This document shows, one piece after another, positions 48,035 to 61,270 of a stretch of 64,000 nucleotides of DNA. The position numbers and the translations under genes are program-made. The DNA is taken from assembly GCF_018977255.1 (NCBI RefSeq), contig NW_024704742.1, forward strand, positions 38,070,001 through 38,134,000, written 5' to 3'. This stretch comes from Callorhinchus milii. Lineage: Eukaryota. The stretch's first letter is position 1; the number at the start of each line of letters is the position of its first letter. Below the pieces are notes generated by a model, which worked only from the letters and a program-made list of their open reading frames with translations, did not search any database and was not told where the DNA came from.

Positions 48035-48450
48035 TAATTGGTAGCACTCTTGCCTCTGAGTCAGAAGATTGTGTGTTCAAGCCCCATGTCAGGACTTGAA
48101 CTCACATAGTCTAAGCTGACACTCCAATGCCATGCCTGGGGATTGTTGGAGATGCTGTCCTTCAGATGAGACATTAAACCGAGGCCCATCTGCCTGTTCA
48201 GGGGGAGCTTAAAGATCCCATGGCATTGTTCGAAAAGAGTAGGGAGTTTCTCCCCCACGGTCGTGACAATAATCCCCCAAATAAAAACTGGTAACATACC
48301 CCACAGCTGTTTGTGGGACATTGCTGTGTCCAATTAGCTCTCGCGTTCACCCGCAAAGCACACAGGTACTACACTTCATAGTATATCCTGTGAAGCACTT
48401 TGAGCCATTCTCCCTGGGTGCTATGTCAAATTGTAAGCAATATTATTATT
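48035..48450 (+). mobile_element. Deu-type SINE, near full length
   Basis: ttggtagcactcttgcctctgagtcagaag...tcagatgagacattaaaccgaggccc...aaagatcccatggca, followed by an L2-like tail. Confidence 0.82.
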
Positions 48451-49084
48451 ATCCTGGCCTCAATCACCTTTCCTGATAACTGGCTGATCTCTGGTTTGTG
48501 CTCCATTCCATCTCTCCCGCAATCTGGAGGATGTTAGCTTTGTGTTCCTTAACCAGCCTACCTTACTTTCTCTGCCAGTTCTTTAAAGCCCCGGTGGTTT
48601 CTGAACTGCAGCTGTCAGAACTTCAACCAGAGGACTCAAAATAATCAGCTCTCCTGCTGTGCTGAACATGGCCACTCGGTGGCGAGTCAACACCTGCCAA
48701 CTGCTTTCTCCATTGAAAGGCACTGGAGGCAGCAGCAGGTACAAAAGCTCAGGTGGATGAACATCTGCGTTCAGTTTGAACAGAATCAGCACCTGATCGG
48801 AACCTGCACTTTTGGGGACTGGAAAAACCGAGTTGACGCACTGGCGTATCCTCTTTGGTTAAATTTGAACCTGTTACTCAGCAGGCGCAGACCCTCCGCC
48901 TCGCCCCCTCCCTACTCAGTCACCTGCCGTAGCTGCGTCCGCCAACCCATCAAGTGTTGTCATTTTGCAACAGAATTCACATCGCACCCGAGTCTTCACG
49001 TTCCTGAGGCAGGGTCATGTTCAAAAGATGAACTTCATTTAACAAAAACACTTCCATGATAATAATGGTAACACTTCAACTATC

Positions 49085-49797
49085 CATCCCACCCCACATC
49101 TCTCCCATGACCCGCTCTGCCTTCCCCCACCTCTGCAATGTCGCCCGGCTCCGCCACTGTCTCACACCGCAGGCCGCCGAAACCCTCATACGCTTTCATT
49201 ACATCGAGGCTCGAATACGCAAACTCCCTGCTTGTCGGCCTCCCCAACTTCTCCCTCCACAGGCTGCAGATCATCCAGAACTCTGCAGCCCGTGTCCTCT
49301 CCCGCACCAGGCTCCACGACCCTATCACCCCCATCCTCGCCCAACTCCACTGGCTTCCCATCACACAGAGGATACAGTTCAAGATCCTGGTTCTCACCTT
49401 CAAAGCCCCCATGGCTTTGCTCCCCCCCACCTCTGCGACCTCCTAAGCCCCTACCATCCTGCTCGCTCTCTCCGCTCAGTGGGCTCTGGCCTGCATCACA
49501 TCCCCCGCCTCGGTCACCCCACTATGGGTGTGCCGATCTTCAGCCACTCTGCCCCCACCCTCTGGAACTCCATCCCGCAGTCCCTCCGCCTGTCCCCTCC
49601 CTTGACTCCTTCAAGACCCATCTCAAGACCCTCCTCTTCGACCGTGCTTTCGATCACTCGGCTTCCCCCCCTGCCCTCCATTCTCCCGGATCCTGACCCC
49701 CAGCTCAGTTCCAAAACTCTGTCTGTCCAACGCCTTGAGACGTCCTCCCGACGTGAAAGGTGCTGTACAAATGTAATTTTGTTGTTGCTGTTGTTGT
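49085..49797 (+). mobile_element. L2 LINE 3' fragment
   Basis: SRLEYANSLL, LQIIQNSAARV and LHWLPITQRIQFKIL; tail present. Confidence 0.93.
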
Positions 49798-49809
49798 ACT
49801 TGCATGTAA

Positions 49810-50005
49810 TATAATGCTTCATCACGCTGTGGAAATGTCCCACAGAGAGCCATGAAGTGAATGACCAATTTTATTTTGGTCAGGACACCGGGAGAAACAC
49901 CCTTCTCTTTTCAAACAGTGCCACGGGATCTTTAAAGTCTTCCTGAACAGGCAGACGGAAGCTTGGTTTCGCGGCTGAAACGAAGGATGCTCCTCCAACA
50001 ATGCA
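49810..50005 (-). mobile_element. Deu-type SINE fragment
   Basis: gtgccacgggatctttaa...ctgaacaggcagacgg. Confidence 0.72.
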
Positions 50006-50359
50006 GGCTGTCTGGCGCTCTTCCCCCAACACCACATCGAGGTGTCAGTCTGTGCTGCGACGGGAGAACGGTAGAGTGAAAAGATTAGCTCAAATGGGCA
50101 GAAAAGCCTTTTTCATTGGAACCTCCACTGGCATCTCGCGAACTTGTATTTCTCTTTCGGATGCTGGTTGTTCTGCCTTTCCAACAGATTTGTTTTAAAA
50201 AGCCATGAAGTGGTTGACCTGCACAATACTACCCCCTTGTGTTCCTTTTTTGGAAATACATGGTCTTCCCAACTTTGTACCAGTGAAGGTCAAATGGAAT
50301 GATCATAAATGATTAGCCATCTTGGAGGTTAAACACAACCCTAAAATCCTTTTTTNCAC

Positions 50360-52534
50360 CACCCACTACCTCCTCCGTGCCCCCACCTCAGGCCTCCTCA
50401 ATCTTCATATCAAATGCCAAGTGTGAGGAGGTCATGGACTTCTTTTCATCTAAAATTCACAACATCGGCCAGGCAGCCTCATCCACCTTCTCTTGTCACC
50501 CACCACCATGCCCTCTCTGTCCCCCTCACCCTCCCCATCATCTGCTCCTACCACCACCTCCATCCCACATTCCTTCCTCCCCATCTCTCCCTTCTCCCTC
50601 TCACACACCATCACCTCCAAGAAACCCACCACTGAAGCCTCGACCTCCTCCCCACCAACTTGCCAGTCACCCAGCTCCCCCTCCTCTGCCCACTACTGGC
50701 TGACATCATTAACTAACCCCTCTCCTCCAGATCAGTCCCTGCCCCCCTCAAAACTGCTGTCATCACCCCCCTCCTCAAAAAATCTTCCCTAGATCCCTCA
50801 AACGCCAGCCACTACCGCCCCATTTCTAACCTGTCCTTCCTTGCAAAGGTCCTAGAATGTGTTGTTGCCAATCAAATCCATGCACACCTCTCCTCCCACT
50901 CCCTCTTCGAACCCCTCCAGTCCGGTTTCCGCCCTGTCCACAGTACAGAGACTGCGCTTGTGAAAGTCACAAACGACATCCTCTCTATCTGTGACCAGGG
51001 CTCCCTCTGTCTCCTTGTCCTCCTGGACCTCTCCGCCACATTCGACACAGTAGATCATGCCATCCTCCTCCACAGCCTTTCTTCCATCATAATAATAATA
51101 ATAATAATAATAATAATCCTTGCATTTGATATAGCGCTTTTCACGTCGGGAGGACGTCCCAAAGCGCTTCACAGAACACACTGTAAAGTGAATTGACTGT
51201 ATATTTGTGGGCGAACGCGGCAGCCAATTGCGCACAGCAATGTCCCACAAACAGTCGTAGATTGAAAATGACCAATTTAATTATTGTTTTTGGTTTTTTG
51301 GAGGGATTATTATTAGGCGTGTGGAGTAAGGAAACTTGCCCAAGGTTTCGCCCTGCCTGGAATTGAACTCAGGTCTCTCGCTTGCAAAGCGAGTGCTCTA
51401 ACCACTGAGCTACAGGACTCCACCTCAGTGGGACCGCACTCGTCTGGTTCGAGTCCTACCTCACAAACCGCCAGCAGTACATCTGCACAAAAGGCTTCTC
51501 CTCCCTCTCTCACCCAGTTACCTGCGGGGTACCCCAAGGATCCATACTTGGTCCCCTCCTCTTTCTGATCTACATGCTCCCTCTTGGGGATGTCATCCGC
51601 CGACATGGGGTACGACACCCAACTCTATTTTTCCACCTCTTTGCGATCCCCAGTCCCCTGGTGTTCTGTCAGCCTTCCTGTCAGACCTCAGGGGCTGGAT
51701 GAGCGCAAATTTCCTTCAGCTGAACATTGACAAGACGGAAGCCATACTCTTTGGCTCTCGTCAACGTCTAAAATCTCAGGGTTCTCATCTCCTCCACCTG
51801 CCTGACCTCCCCCTAAAACTCTTCGAAACCGTACGCAACCTAGGCGTCAGGTTCAACCCCCAATTATCCTTCCTCCCCCACATTCGATCCCTCACCAGCA
51901 CCACTTTCTTCCACCTCCGACACATCGCCCGTCTCCGCCAATACCTCACTCCAAAAACCACTGAAATCCTGATCCATGCCTTTGTTACCTCTCGGCTGAA
52001 CTATTCTAGTGCCCTCCTCTCTGGTCTCCCCTCCACTACCATCCATAAAATCCAGATTATTCAAAACTCTGCCGCCCGCATTCTTACCCGCACCAAACTC
52101 CGCTTCTCAATTACCCCAGTCCTTGCCAGACTACACTGACTGCCTGTCCCAGAGAGGATCAATTTCAAAATCCTCAACCTTGTCTTCAAATCCCTGCACT
52201 CCTCTGCACACCCCTATCTCACTGACCTCCTCTCTCCTCAAAACAGTGCCCGTTCCCTTCGTTCCTCCGGGTCTGGCCTCCTCCTTGTCCCCCGAGTCAT
52301 CCATTCCACAATGCCATCAGCCACTATGCCCCAAGGCTCTGGAACTCCCTTCTTCACTCCCTTCATCTCGCCCCTTCTCTTCCTACTTTCAGGTCTCTGC
52401 TGAAGACCTTTCTTTTCAACCGTGCCTTTGGTCACCTTCCCCCCACTCCCCCAGCTCCAGGATCCGTTACTGTGAAGCGCTCTGAGACACCATCCGGCGT
52501 GGAGGGCGCTATATAAATCCAAGTTGTTGTTTTT
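50360..52534 (+). mobile_element. L2 LINE (about 1.8 kb of ORF2 with the RT domain), disrupted by a SINE and deletions
   Basis: [55 protein letters not shown] and NFLQLN; tail ctatataaatccaagttgttg. Confidence 0.95.
51089..51423 (-). mobile_element. Same SINE family, young full-length copy inserted in the L2 RT
   Basis: (AAT)n tail, body and head; L2 reading frame continues on both sides. Confidence 0.94.
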
Positions 52535-53229
52535 GTAATGAGTAACTTTCTTCATTCTGCTTCTTTCCATTCAGCTCCTGGTAACCCTGATTGCCAAAGC
52601 CCTAACGGGTAGAATTCTAACTGGACAAGCAGCGGGAAAGCTTGCCAGACAGTGCTCTTAATAGCGAGCTCAATGGTTAAACTCCAGAAATATCCTAACA
52701 CACACTCTGGGATCCCCAAGCTTTGGCTCTTACCAACCTATGCCTCGTGATTGCTGTAAATAGGTGAGCAGCATGTATCCCTCCAGGGAGAGAATGCGCA
52801 TTCCATTCCAATAAATATCTCAGGAACTTTCATGTGTAGATGGGATTCATGGAATTCTCAGTTTTCTTTGGATGCTCTTAAGCACGGTGATGGACACCCA
52901 GTTGACCAAACAAAGATCTCCACTGATTTTCTCTCACGCCCTCTCTTCTGAAAGCTTTCAGCCACCATTATTTTATAAAATGTTGAGCAGAAATTTGTCA
53001 AATTCTTAATTCGAGCCTTAATGTGGCGGTTGGTTTAAAAAGGATCTGCAGAAAACCTAGTTCAGAATTTAGAGTGAACTAAAGAATTTTGTTTTCCATT
53101 GTTTTGATCATCCCACGTAGGGATTTTGCATTCACATAATCAGTCTGGCACTCCAGGTCAACAACAACAACTTGAATTTATATAGCGCCCTCCACGCCGG
53201 ACGGCACTTGATCAGCGCTGGTTGGGGAG

Positions 53230-53445
53230 GTGGGTATTGCATTGTTGGAGCTGCCGTCTTTCTGATGAGACATTAAACCAAGGTCCTGTCTGCCTATTCA
53301 GGTGGATGTTAAAGATCCCATGTCACTAATTGAAAAGAGAAGGGAGTTTCTCCCTGTGTCCTGGCCAATGATCCCCCACAGATGGGTAATTCACTTCAAG
53401 GCTGTTTATCGGACTTTGCCATGCTACATTCCCTTACAAAATGGA
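53230..53445 (+). mobile_element. Deu-type SINE (host of the SINE at 53446)
   Basis: gatgagacattaaaccaaggtcctgtctgcc...aaagatcccatg. Confidence 0.78.
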
Positions 53446-53740
53446 GTGCTGTAGCTCAGTGGTTAGAGCAATCGCCTCACAACCTGAAAGAAAGTTCGAT
53501 TCCTGGCAGGGCAAGTTTCTTTATTCCACACTCCTGATAATAATCCTTTAAGAAAACAAATAATAATAAATTGGTCGCTTCAATCCATTACTGTTTGTGG
53601 GACACCGCTGTGTGCAATCAGCTGCCGCATTTCTCTCATAAATATACAGTTATTTCACTTTACAGTATATTTTGTGAAGCACTTTGAGACGTCTCGAAGA
53701 TGTGAAAAGCACTATATCAAATGCAAGGATTATTATTATC
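53446..53740 (+). mobile_element. Same SINE family, nested in a Deu-type SINE
   Basis: tgtagctcagtggttagagc...aaatgcaaggattattatta; the host SINE tail resumes at about 53755-53850. Confidence 0.85.
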
Positions 53741-54486
53741 ATATTTATTATAAAAAGCAAATCACTACATTTTATGGTATATCCAGTGAAATGCTTTGAG
53801 ACATCCTGACATGAAAGGCACTATACCAAATGCAAACATTATTATCATTATTATCGATATTACATTTTAAGATGATAGTTGTAGGGCTAAGACATTGAGA
53901 AATGTTGGGTTTTAGGAGCACACTTTTGTTCTTTTCCTCCCAAAATGAGAGTTTTCGAGACCAATTGTGACACTCCTGCCACTGTGTGGTCACTATTTAA
54001 TACTACAAGCAAAAAGATGTCCACAGCCAGTCAGAAACAACTGGGGATCAACAGAGGCACTTAATGCAGAGTAGAGGCTGATAGTTTGTTCTACAGAGGA
54101 CTTTTTGAAGAGTTGGTTTAAATTTTTCACGACAAGCTTCAACCTCAAATGACAGACAAGTTGGTGAGTGAGGATTTTCATTCACACTCATGTTGTTTTC
54201 TTTACATCAAAAGGTCCTGCTGGCACTGGCGCTGCCCTGTTATGTCACCTTGCAACATATCTGTTCCAAAAGGTTGTCCATCACTGTTTTACATTCAGTG
54301 TATTATCCAGGGTTTATTCAAATCAATTACCTTTAAATCACCATTGGTTAAAATACTTTGCAAGAGTGGCAGAGCCCTGCTTCACCCTCAATGTTCCTCA
54401 CTTGCCGAGTTCCCACTGAGTTAACCTGAAGAGAGGAAACGTGCAGGTGACAGGTATAAGGTAAGGTACACAATGAGGATACTGGA

Positions 54487-54745
54487 GCAGCCCTGATGGT
54501 GTAGTGGATAAAGCTGCACCTTACAGACTGGGAGCTCCTAGGTTCAAATTATAGCCGTCCAGAGTTTACTCTCAGCCCAAGCTCTGTGGGAGAGGCCTTT
54601 TCAGAGATAGGGAAGTGAAAATCACCTGGGTTTGCTGCTCCTGGTGCCTCTACATCATCCTCCAATGTTTATTCCGTGTGTAGTAGCCGGGTGGGCAGAG
54701 GTCAGGCTTGGCTGTGATACCCTCCACAGCAAGTGTCCGTTGTAC
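54487..54745 (+). mobile_element. Ancient LF-SINE-like element
   Basis: tRNA-like head (tggtgtagtgg...ggttcaaat), aaaatcacctggg...ctcctg and caggcttggctgtgatacc. Confidence 0.5.
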
Positions 54746-55324
54746 GTGTGGGAATTTGGGTGGGATGAGGAGAAGGTAGGCAAGGGTGGGATGGGGGAAG
54801 AACCACACCCTGGCAGGAAGATGCCAGATTAGGAGCACAGAGGCTCTGGGATTAAATTAGAAAAATAATTCAATCCCTTAAATTTAAATAATAAAACATA
54901 AAGAGAATGGATGTAAATGCGGGTCAGAATGGGTAAATGTGTCTCTGTGCTGAGCCAGCTGATCTTCAGCAGAGCAACAACTGGTCTCAGCTTCCTGCTG
55001 CTGAGTTCTGTAGCCGACAGTTGTGTTCTGTGGTCCTTACACACTGCAGAACAATAAACAAACCCGAACTTTATCCATGTTCAACTGTAAATAAAAGACC
55101 AGTCACTGCAAAGCAATGAACAGGTTTGTATACAGTGAAAGAATCAGGCAGTTCCCTGCTGGAGGTTGCTGCACATACTCTGATGTGGGGGTCACAGGGT
55201 TAGCTCTCTGCTCAGTTTCACCTTAATGTGAATTTCTCACTTGCTCTTATTTTCAGTGCAGCACGTTATCTTATAAATTATAGATTAAATGCATTTTTTG
55301 AAAGAACTGGGCAATATAAAAGCA

Positions 55325-55640
55325 ACCACACAACAGCAGCAACAACAAATTGCATCTTTATAGCTCCTATCACGTCAGGAGGACATCGCAAGGCCCTGGA
55401 GTTGAAGGTTTGCACCCAGGTGGATTCGGTCAGGTGCGGGACCAAGGTGGGGGTGGGGTTGGAGGGTAAAGGCATAGTCAAAGAGGAAAGTTTGAGATGG
55501 ACTGTGAAGGAGGTGAGGGAAAGGAAGGAGCGAGGCAGATGGAGTTCCAGAGGATGGGATGAGAAAGGCTGAAAGTCTGAGCACGGATGCTGGGTTGGGT
55601 AGGGCAGGGAGCGGGGAACATGAAGCAGTCCAGGGAGGAG
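55325..55640 (-). mobile_element. L2 3' end fragment
   Basis: ILWNSI and TFLFDYAF motifs on the minus strand, with an L2 tail. Confidence 0.75.
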
Positions 55641-56621
55641 GGGAGTCCATCAAGTAAAAACCTGGTCATGGGGAGCTTGATGCTGGTTATGATTATGAGT
55701 TGGACAGGACACAGAGATTGCACTTGGATGCTGTTCTTCATTGACTTAGAAGTGAGTCAATGCAATACAAAATTACATTTGTATCTTGCCTTTCATGTCA
55801 GGAGGACGTCATTTCCTCTGTAATTCAAAGCCGTGCAATTATTGTCACCCTTACTGTGGGGTATTAAAGCAGCAATTCTACAGGATTACTCTTTTCTCTT
55901 CCTCACCTGTTCTGACTCTGAACCTCTGTGCGGGAGGAAAACGTATCTGATAGCTGAAGAAAAGGTGTCCAACCCACTATTGCAAAAGCTTCCATACACA
56001 AGTGAATACACAATGCAGCAACACAGAGTGTATTGAATTACATTTATTAAAGGTTTGATTTATCAGCCCCTGGAGCTACCACAAACGACGCACCATAAAC
56101 AAACATATAATCAGTCATGGAATTAATTTGGAAGAATTGTGGCTATTCCATTGGGGAAGGTAATAATAATAATCTTTACATTTGATATAATGCCTTACCA
56201 TCACATTGTTGAGCTATCTCAAAGCGCTTCACAGAATATACACTAAATGGTTGTTCTCCATGTATGAGCCCAAACCTATCAGCACACTATACAACCACAG
56301 GAGGCATTACAACTGGATTGCTGGCCAGGACACCGAGAGGTCTCTTGTCCCGCAATACCATCTAAGCCATTGAGGAAAGATTTAATAAGAACGACTCGTG
56401 GGTGGGTAGCCACAGCTGCTCATGTCTGTTAAAGCTGCAAAAAGAGTCAAATTGGATAAAATCAACAATACAACAACTTGTATTTATATCCTACAGGATA
56501 AAGTCTTGGAGTGCTGCCGCGGAGATGAGAAACAGATTATCTCAGGAACGATACTTTTACTAAGCTTCTACCCTTCTTCCTTCCCTCTCACACTCAGTCT
56601 CTCCTCCACTCTCTCACATTG

Positions 56622-56995
56622 TGTCAGCCTGGCTCAGTTGGTAGCACTCTCATTTTGAGTCAGAAAGTTGTGGATTGAAACCCCATGTCGAGGCTTGGTA
56701 CTTATATAGTCCAACTTGACACGCTGACACATGAGAATGTGTTGCATTGTCAGAGGTACCGCCTTCAGATGAGATGTAAAACCAAGGCCCTGTCTGCCTG
56801 TTCAGGTGGTTGTTAAAGTTCCCCTGGCACTATTTGAAAAGAGAAGGGAGTTTTGCTTGGTGTCCTGTCCAACAATACCCAAATAAAATTGGTCATTTAC
56901 TTCATGTCTGTGCGCAAATTAGCTGCTGCATTTGTCCACAAAACAGACAGTCACAACACTTTACAACATATTCTGTTAAGAGCTTTCAAACGTCC
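56622..56995 (+). mobile_element. Deu-type SINE
   Basis: gtcagcctggctcagttggtagcactc...ttcagatgagatgtaaaaccaaggccctgtctgcc. Confidence 0.8.
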
Positions 56996-56997
56996 TG

Positions 56998-57232
56998 CCA
57001 CTCTGCCCCCACCCTCTGGAACTCCATTCCGCAGTCCCTCTGCCTCACCCACATCCTTGACTCCTTCAAGACCCTCCTCTTCGACCGTGCTTTCGATCTC
57101 TCTGCTTCCCTCACTGCCCTCCACCCTCCCTGATCCTGACCCCCAGCTCGGGTCCAAAACTCTGTCTCTCCAGAGCCTTGTGATGTCCTCCCAACGTGAA
57201 AGGTGCTGTACAAATGTAATTTTGTTGTTGTT
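56998..57232 (+). mobile_element. L2 3' end fragment joined to the preceding Deu-type SINE
   Basis: APTLWNSIPQSL...FKTLLFDRAF followed by the tail. Confidence 0.85.
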
Positions 57233-57513
57233 TGCAGACTCTGCCAATCTTCCTGCTGTTTATTCAGCTGGATCCAACTTACCCATTAAAGCTTTAACTT
57301 AAAGTGTTAACATGAGTTGAGTGTTAAGAATCCCTGCCCCCAGTGACTAGTCTACTCCTCCAAATCGAGCCAGACTGGCTGATTAGTAATGCCATTGTGA
57401 GCAGGAACTGCACTACTGAGACCACCACAGAGGGTTGATCATTACCAAGCATGTCAACTTGGAGCCAGTCCAGTCTCAATGAAATCACACTTCCCTCTAT
57501 CCAAGGAGGATAC

Positions 57514-57775
57514 AACACCACCAACAACTTGCACTTATATAGCACCCTTCATGCATCCTCCATCCTGACTCTGAGCCGGGGTGGGGGAGGGAGAGGTGAC
57601 CGTAAATACAGTCGAAAAGGAAGGTTTTAAGGAACGACTTGAAAAAGGGGAGAGAGGGCATGGCGGAGGATGGAGGTACAATGTTCCAGAGTTTAGGGGT
57701 GTAGTGGCTGAAAGCGTGACCTCCAATAGTGAAGCAGAGGGTGCGAGGGACAAGCAGGAGGCCGGTTCCAGTCGA
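57514..57775 (-). mobile_element. L2 3' end fragment
   Basis: Reverse complement resembles the other L2 3' ends; tail caacaacttgcacttatatagc. Confidence 0.7.
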
Positions 57776-60700
57776 GGATAGTTACCAGTTGGTGATTTGA
57801 CTTCCAAAAAGCATTGGTTTGAGTTTGAGCGGGATTGCGGTAGGTAACAGATACCCGGAACGCCCTGCAAGCTTCCTGGTGAGCAGCACAGCTCAGCATG
57901 AAATGCTTGAGCATTGCTGACATCCTCCTGCCCACAGCTCAGATATACATTCTTACCTGTTGAGCAAGTTTCACCAGATTTGGAGATGCAGAGCTTGAGC
58001 ACTAGCTGTCCACCTCTCTACATACCAATTAAGATGGATTTCAAGCCATTGGGTGTGTGAATGCATGTTCACAAACCTGGATTTCAGGTAACACTTTTTA
58101 GCAGCTATCATTCCAACCTTCAGAATTTCCTCACCAGATATTCTTCAGACATTGTGGAATTTAAAGCACAAATTAAGAATGAAAAAAGCAAGTCTGACAA
58201 AATGGCTAACACTGCAGTTTGCAACAGCTCTGTTGTACAATATCTAATCTGTCTGCCAGAGCTTGACTTCATTAGCAGACCAGGTTGTTCAACTGTGCCA
58301 GGAATATAAATAATTGTTAAAAGGATGATACCAACAGGCACACTTAACCCTTCCACTGCAAGCAGGAAATTCTGTGTCCTCTCATCCTGTCTTTTATTTT
58401 GAATATTAGGGTTTCTTTGATATTGCAGTAGAGATATAATGCTCCATTTTTATTCTTATACTCATGTTGCACAATTAAAATATTTACTATACGAATAATT
58501 AGGAACAAAATATTTAAAACTTTAGATCTGTACTGTCTAATCGCTTTTTCCCCTAGATTCTTTATCCACCTTCGTCTCCCCACCTCCCCTCACAAACCCA
58601 GGTATCCACCCCTCACTGGGGTGCAAACACAGGACTGTCCAGTGCTTTGGGACATCCTTCCGATGTGAAAGGCGCTATACAAATGTACCTTGTTGTTAAT
58701 TTTTTGGTGTTTGTTGTTGTTGATATCTTTATTTTATATTGTTTCTCCTTTGCAGAATTGATTTTAATATATACTTTTTTTCTTAATTTATGTTTATTTT
58801 TATAACGTAAGAAAATGATTCCACCTCTCTTATATCTGGACCAGATCCTACAATTCAGCTATGATTGACTGACACCCAACTATTGGCATTTGACTTAATC
58901 ACATTACTGGAGGTCAGAGTTCTGGTGTTTAGCAAACTTCAGCGACAGACTGGCTCCGTGAAAGGGTTTGGGATTCTAATGTAAAATAAGGCCGTTGAAT
59001 CTTGGGAGGCACTCAGGAGCTAATCGCGGGGGTCACTGTGGAACCACTCATGGGGCCGCTCGGGAAATTAACCAAATTCCCACAGAGCCAGTCCACTGCT
59101 GGCAAATATCCAGGCTTTGAGTTGAAATCCAACCCAAACTGATGGGGATGTGAAGGGCAATTTCATGAAAAGATGTCAGGAAGTATTTATTTTCACAGAA
59201 GGTGATTAACAACTGAAATGGGTTACCGAGGAGGTGTTGTGAAGGCCCAAATTGTGGACTCACCTAAGAAACAGCTTGATGATGTAATGGTAAGATAATA
59301 GCATTGACATTCTTGAAGGATGAGATCAAATAGTAAATAGTAATTAAAGTATCTTTCTTTATTTCAGTCAACCCCAAACAGCACTGAGTGAGATTTTGTC
59401 AGGGACCAAATACTGTACCAGGGAAACATTTGCAAGGGTGATATCCCTTTAAGTTGCGACGACTTGGTGCACATCTGATCTTCCTGTAAGCTATAAGAGG
59501 AGAACTTTACCAACATTGTCCTAGCTCCACATCCCTGGCTGATATCCCATCTTCTACCCTAGTGACACTGAGGCCAATAGCAGTGCGCTCAACACAGCTC
59601 CAGACACACAGATTGAACCTGGTCCCTTCCTTGTGTGTGTAGATTAACATTTACTGTGTCGGGGTGGTGCATTTTATTTGCTGAGTTGAAATATTAATAT
59701 TAGGCGACACACCAATGTCAGACATTTAAATTTATGTAGAGATTTAAATGAGCACATTTAGTTCTTCAAAAACAAACTGCAACACTGATGATGGATGTGA
59801 GTAGCATCCAAATAGTTCCTGTGGAATGTTAGTATCAAATATCAGGAAAAGCCAGTTTCCTTCTTGGTGAAACCATGTGTTTGTTGTGAGGTAAAATAAT
59901 AATACTCCTTGCATTTGATATAGTTTAACATCTCATCTGAAGGATGGCATATCCAACAATGTAGCACACCCCTAGCACTACACTGGAGGGTCAGTATAAA
60001 CTATATGAGTTCAAAGTCCCGAAATAGGGTTTTAACCCACAACTTCTGATTCAGAGGCAACAATACTACCAGGTGAGCTAGAGTGACACACAAATGCAGA
60101 ATAAAAATTTACAAATGCACATTGCATGAAACATATCATTTGTACTGACATGAATGTGTTGAAACTCTTCTTTCTCCCAACCTGACAAACACTTTTTCTA
60201 GAGGAGAGTTTCCCTTTAAGCACTTAAAGCTTTGACAATGACGTATGCAAACCAGAGAGAACTGGGCTGTTTGCCTTTCCTTTTATCCCTACAATAACAA
60301 CAACAACATTTGTATAGCGCCCTTCACGCTAGATGGCATCTCGGAGCGCTTAACAGTGGCGGAGCCCAATGCCCTATAATCTTTAAAGGCAGCAGAGTGA
60401 GCATGTAGAGAATAAAATAAAAAAGTTTATCCCATATTGAAGGGGAGTAAAGGTCTGTAACACTTAGCTAACCATTTTGCAATTATTATTATTATTATAA
60501 AAGCCAGAACAACCCAAGCCTATGCTTAGTCGGAAACTTTTAAGCCATAATTATAGGTGTAGTAATGAGAATCACAGTTCAATAAACACAGTTAAAGAGC
60601 ATATGATCACATCCTGAAAGAAACCAAGGGCCCTAAGTACTTGTGGGGCTCAGTGCATTCTATTCTTGTCTTAATGCAGTGCTTTTATCTGAAGGATTCG

Positions 60701-61032
60701 CAGTTACTGCTGGCACACTGCCAAAGAAAAACAACTTCTGGTAGATCATTACGGTAAATACAAACTCTTACAGTAATCCCTTAGATCATGTAAGGGAGGT
60801 GTTTGAGGCAACCAAAAGGTCTAATTCAGTTCAAACGGAGGAAGGACTGACTATTTTGTCCAGTACCTTATGTTGAAAAACCTACCTCTTTAATTGTGAC
60901 TTCGGCCACCTCTCCAATCCCCCCTGCCTCCCCTCCCAAATTCTGGGGGGGGGCTAATAAATCCTCAAAAAAAATGTGGTCACTCAATCTACAACTGCTT
61001 GTGAGACATAATTGTCCTCCATGTTTCAACTA

Positions 61033-61270
61033 CAAAATACCCAGGCAATCTACTTTACAATATCAAAACCAGAGATCACTGTGAACACTCAGCAGGTCAG
61101 GCAGCATCTATGGAGAAAGGAAAGTGAATCAATGTTTCGGGTCCATGATGAAGGGTCGTGGACCCGAAACGTTAACCCACTGTCGTTTCTCCATAGACGT
61201 TGCCTGACCTGCTGAGTGTTTCCAGCAATCTCCGTTTTTGTTTCACATCTCCAGTATCTGCAGTATTTTG
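61033..61270. mobile_element. Penelope-like element terminal fold-back inserted in a SINE
   Basis: Inverted arms aacactcagcaggtcaggcagcatctatggagaaa...tttcgggtcc / ggacccgaaacgtt...tttctccatagacgttgcctgacctgctgagtgtt; SINE sequence on both sides (about 60960-61030 and 61270-61342). Confidence 0.65.

Noticed and set aside
57950..58360. Minus-strand exon ending in the donor acag|gtaaga
   Set aside because: No sustained coding frame, clear acceptor or partner exon was found; a lone donor match is not enough.
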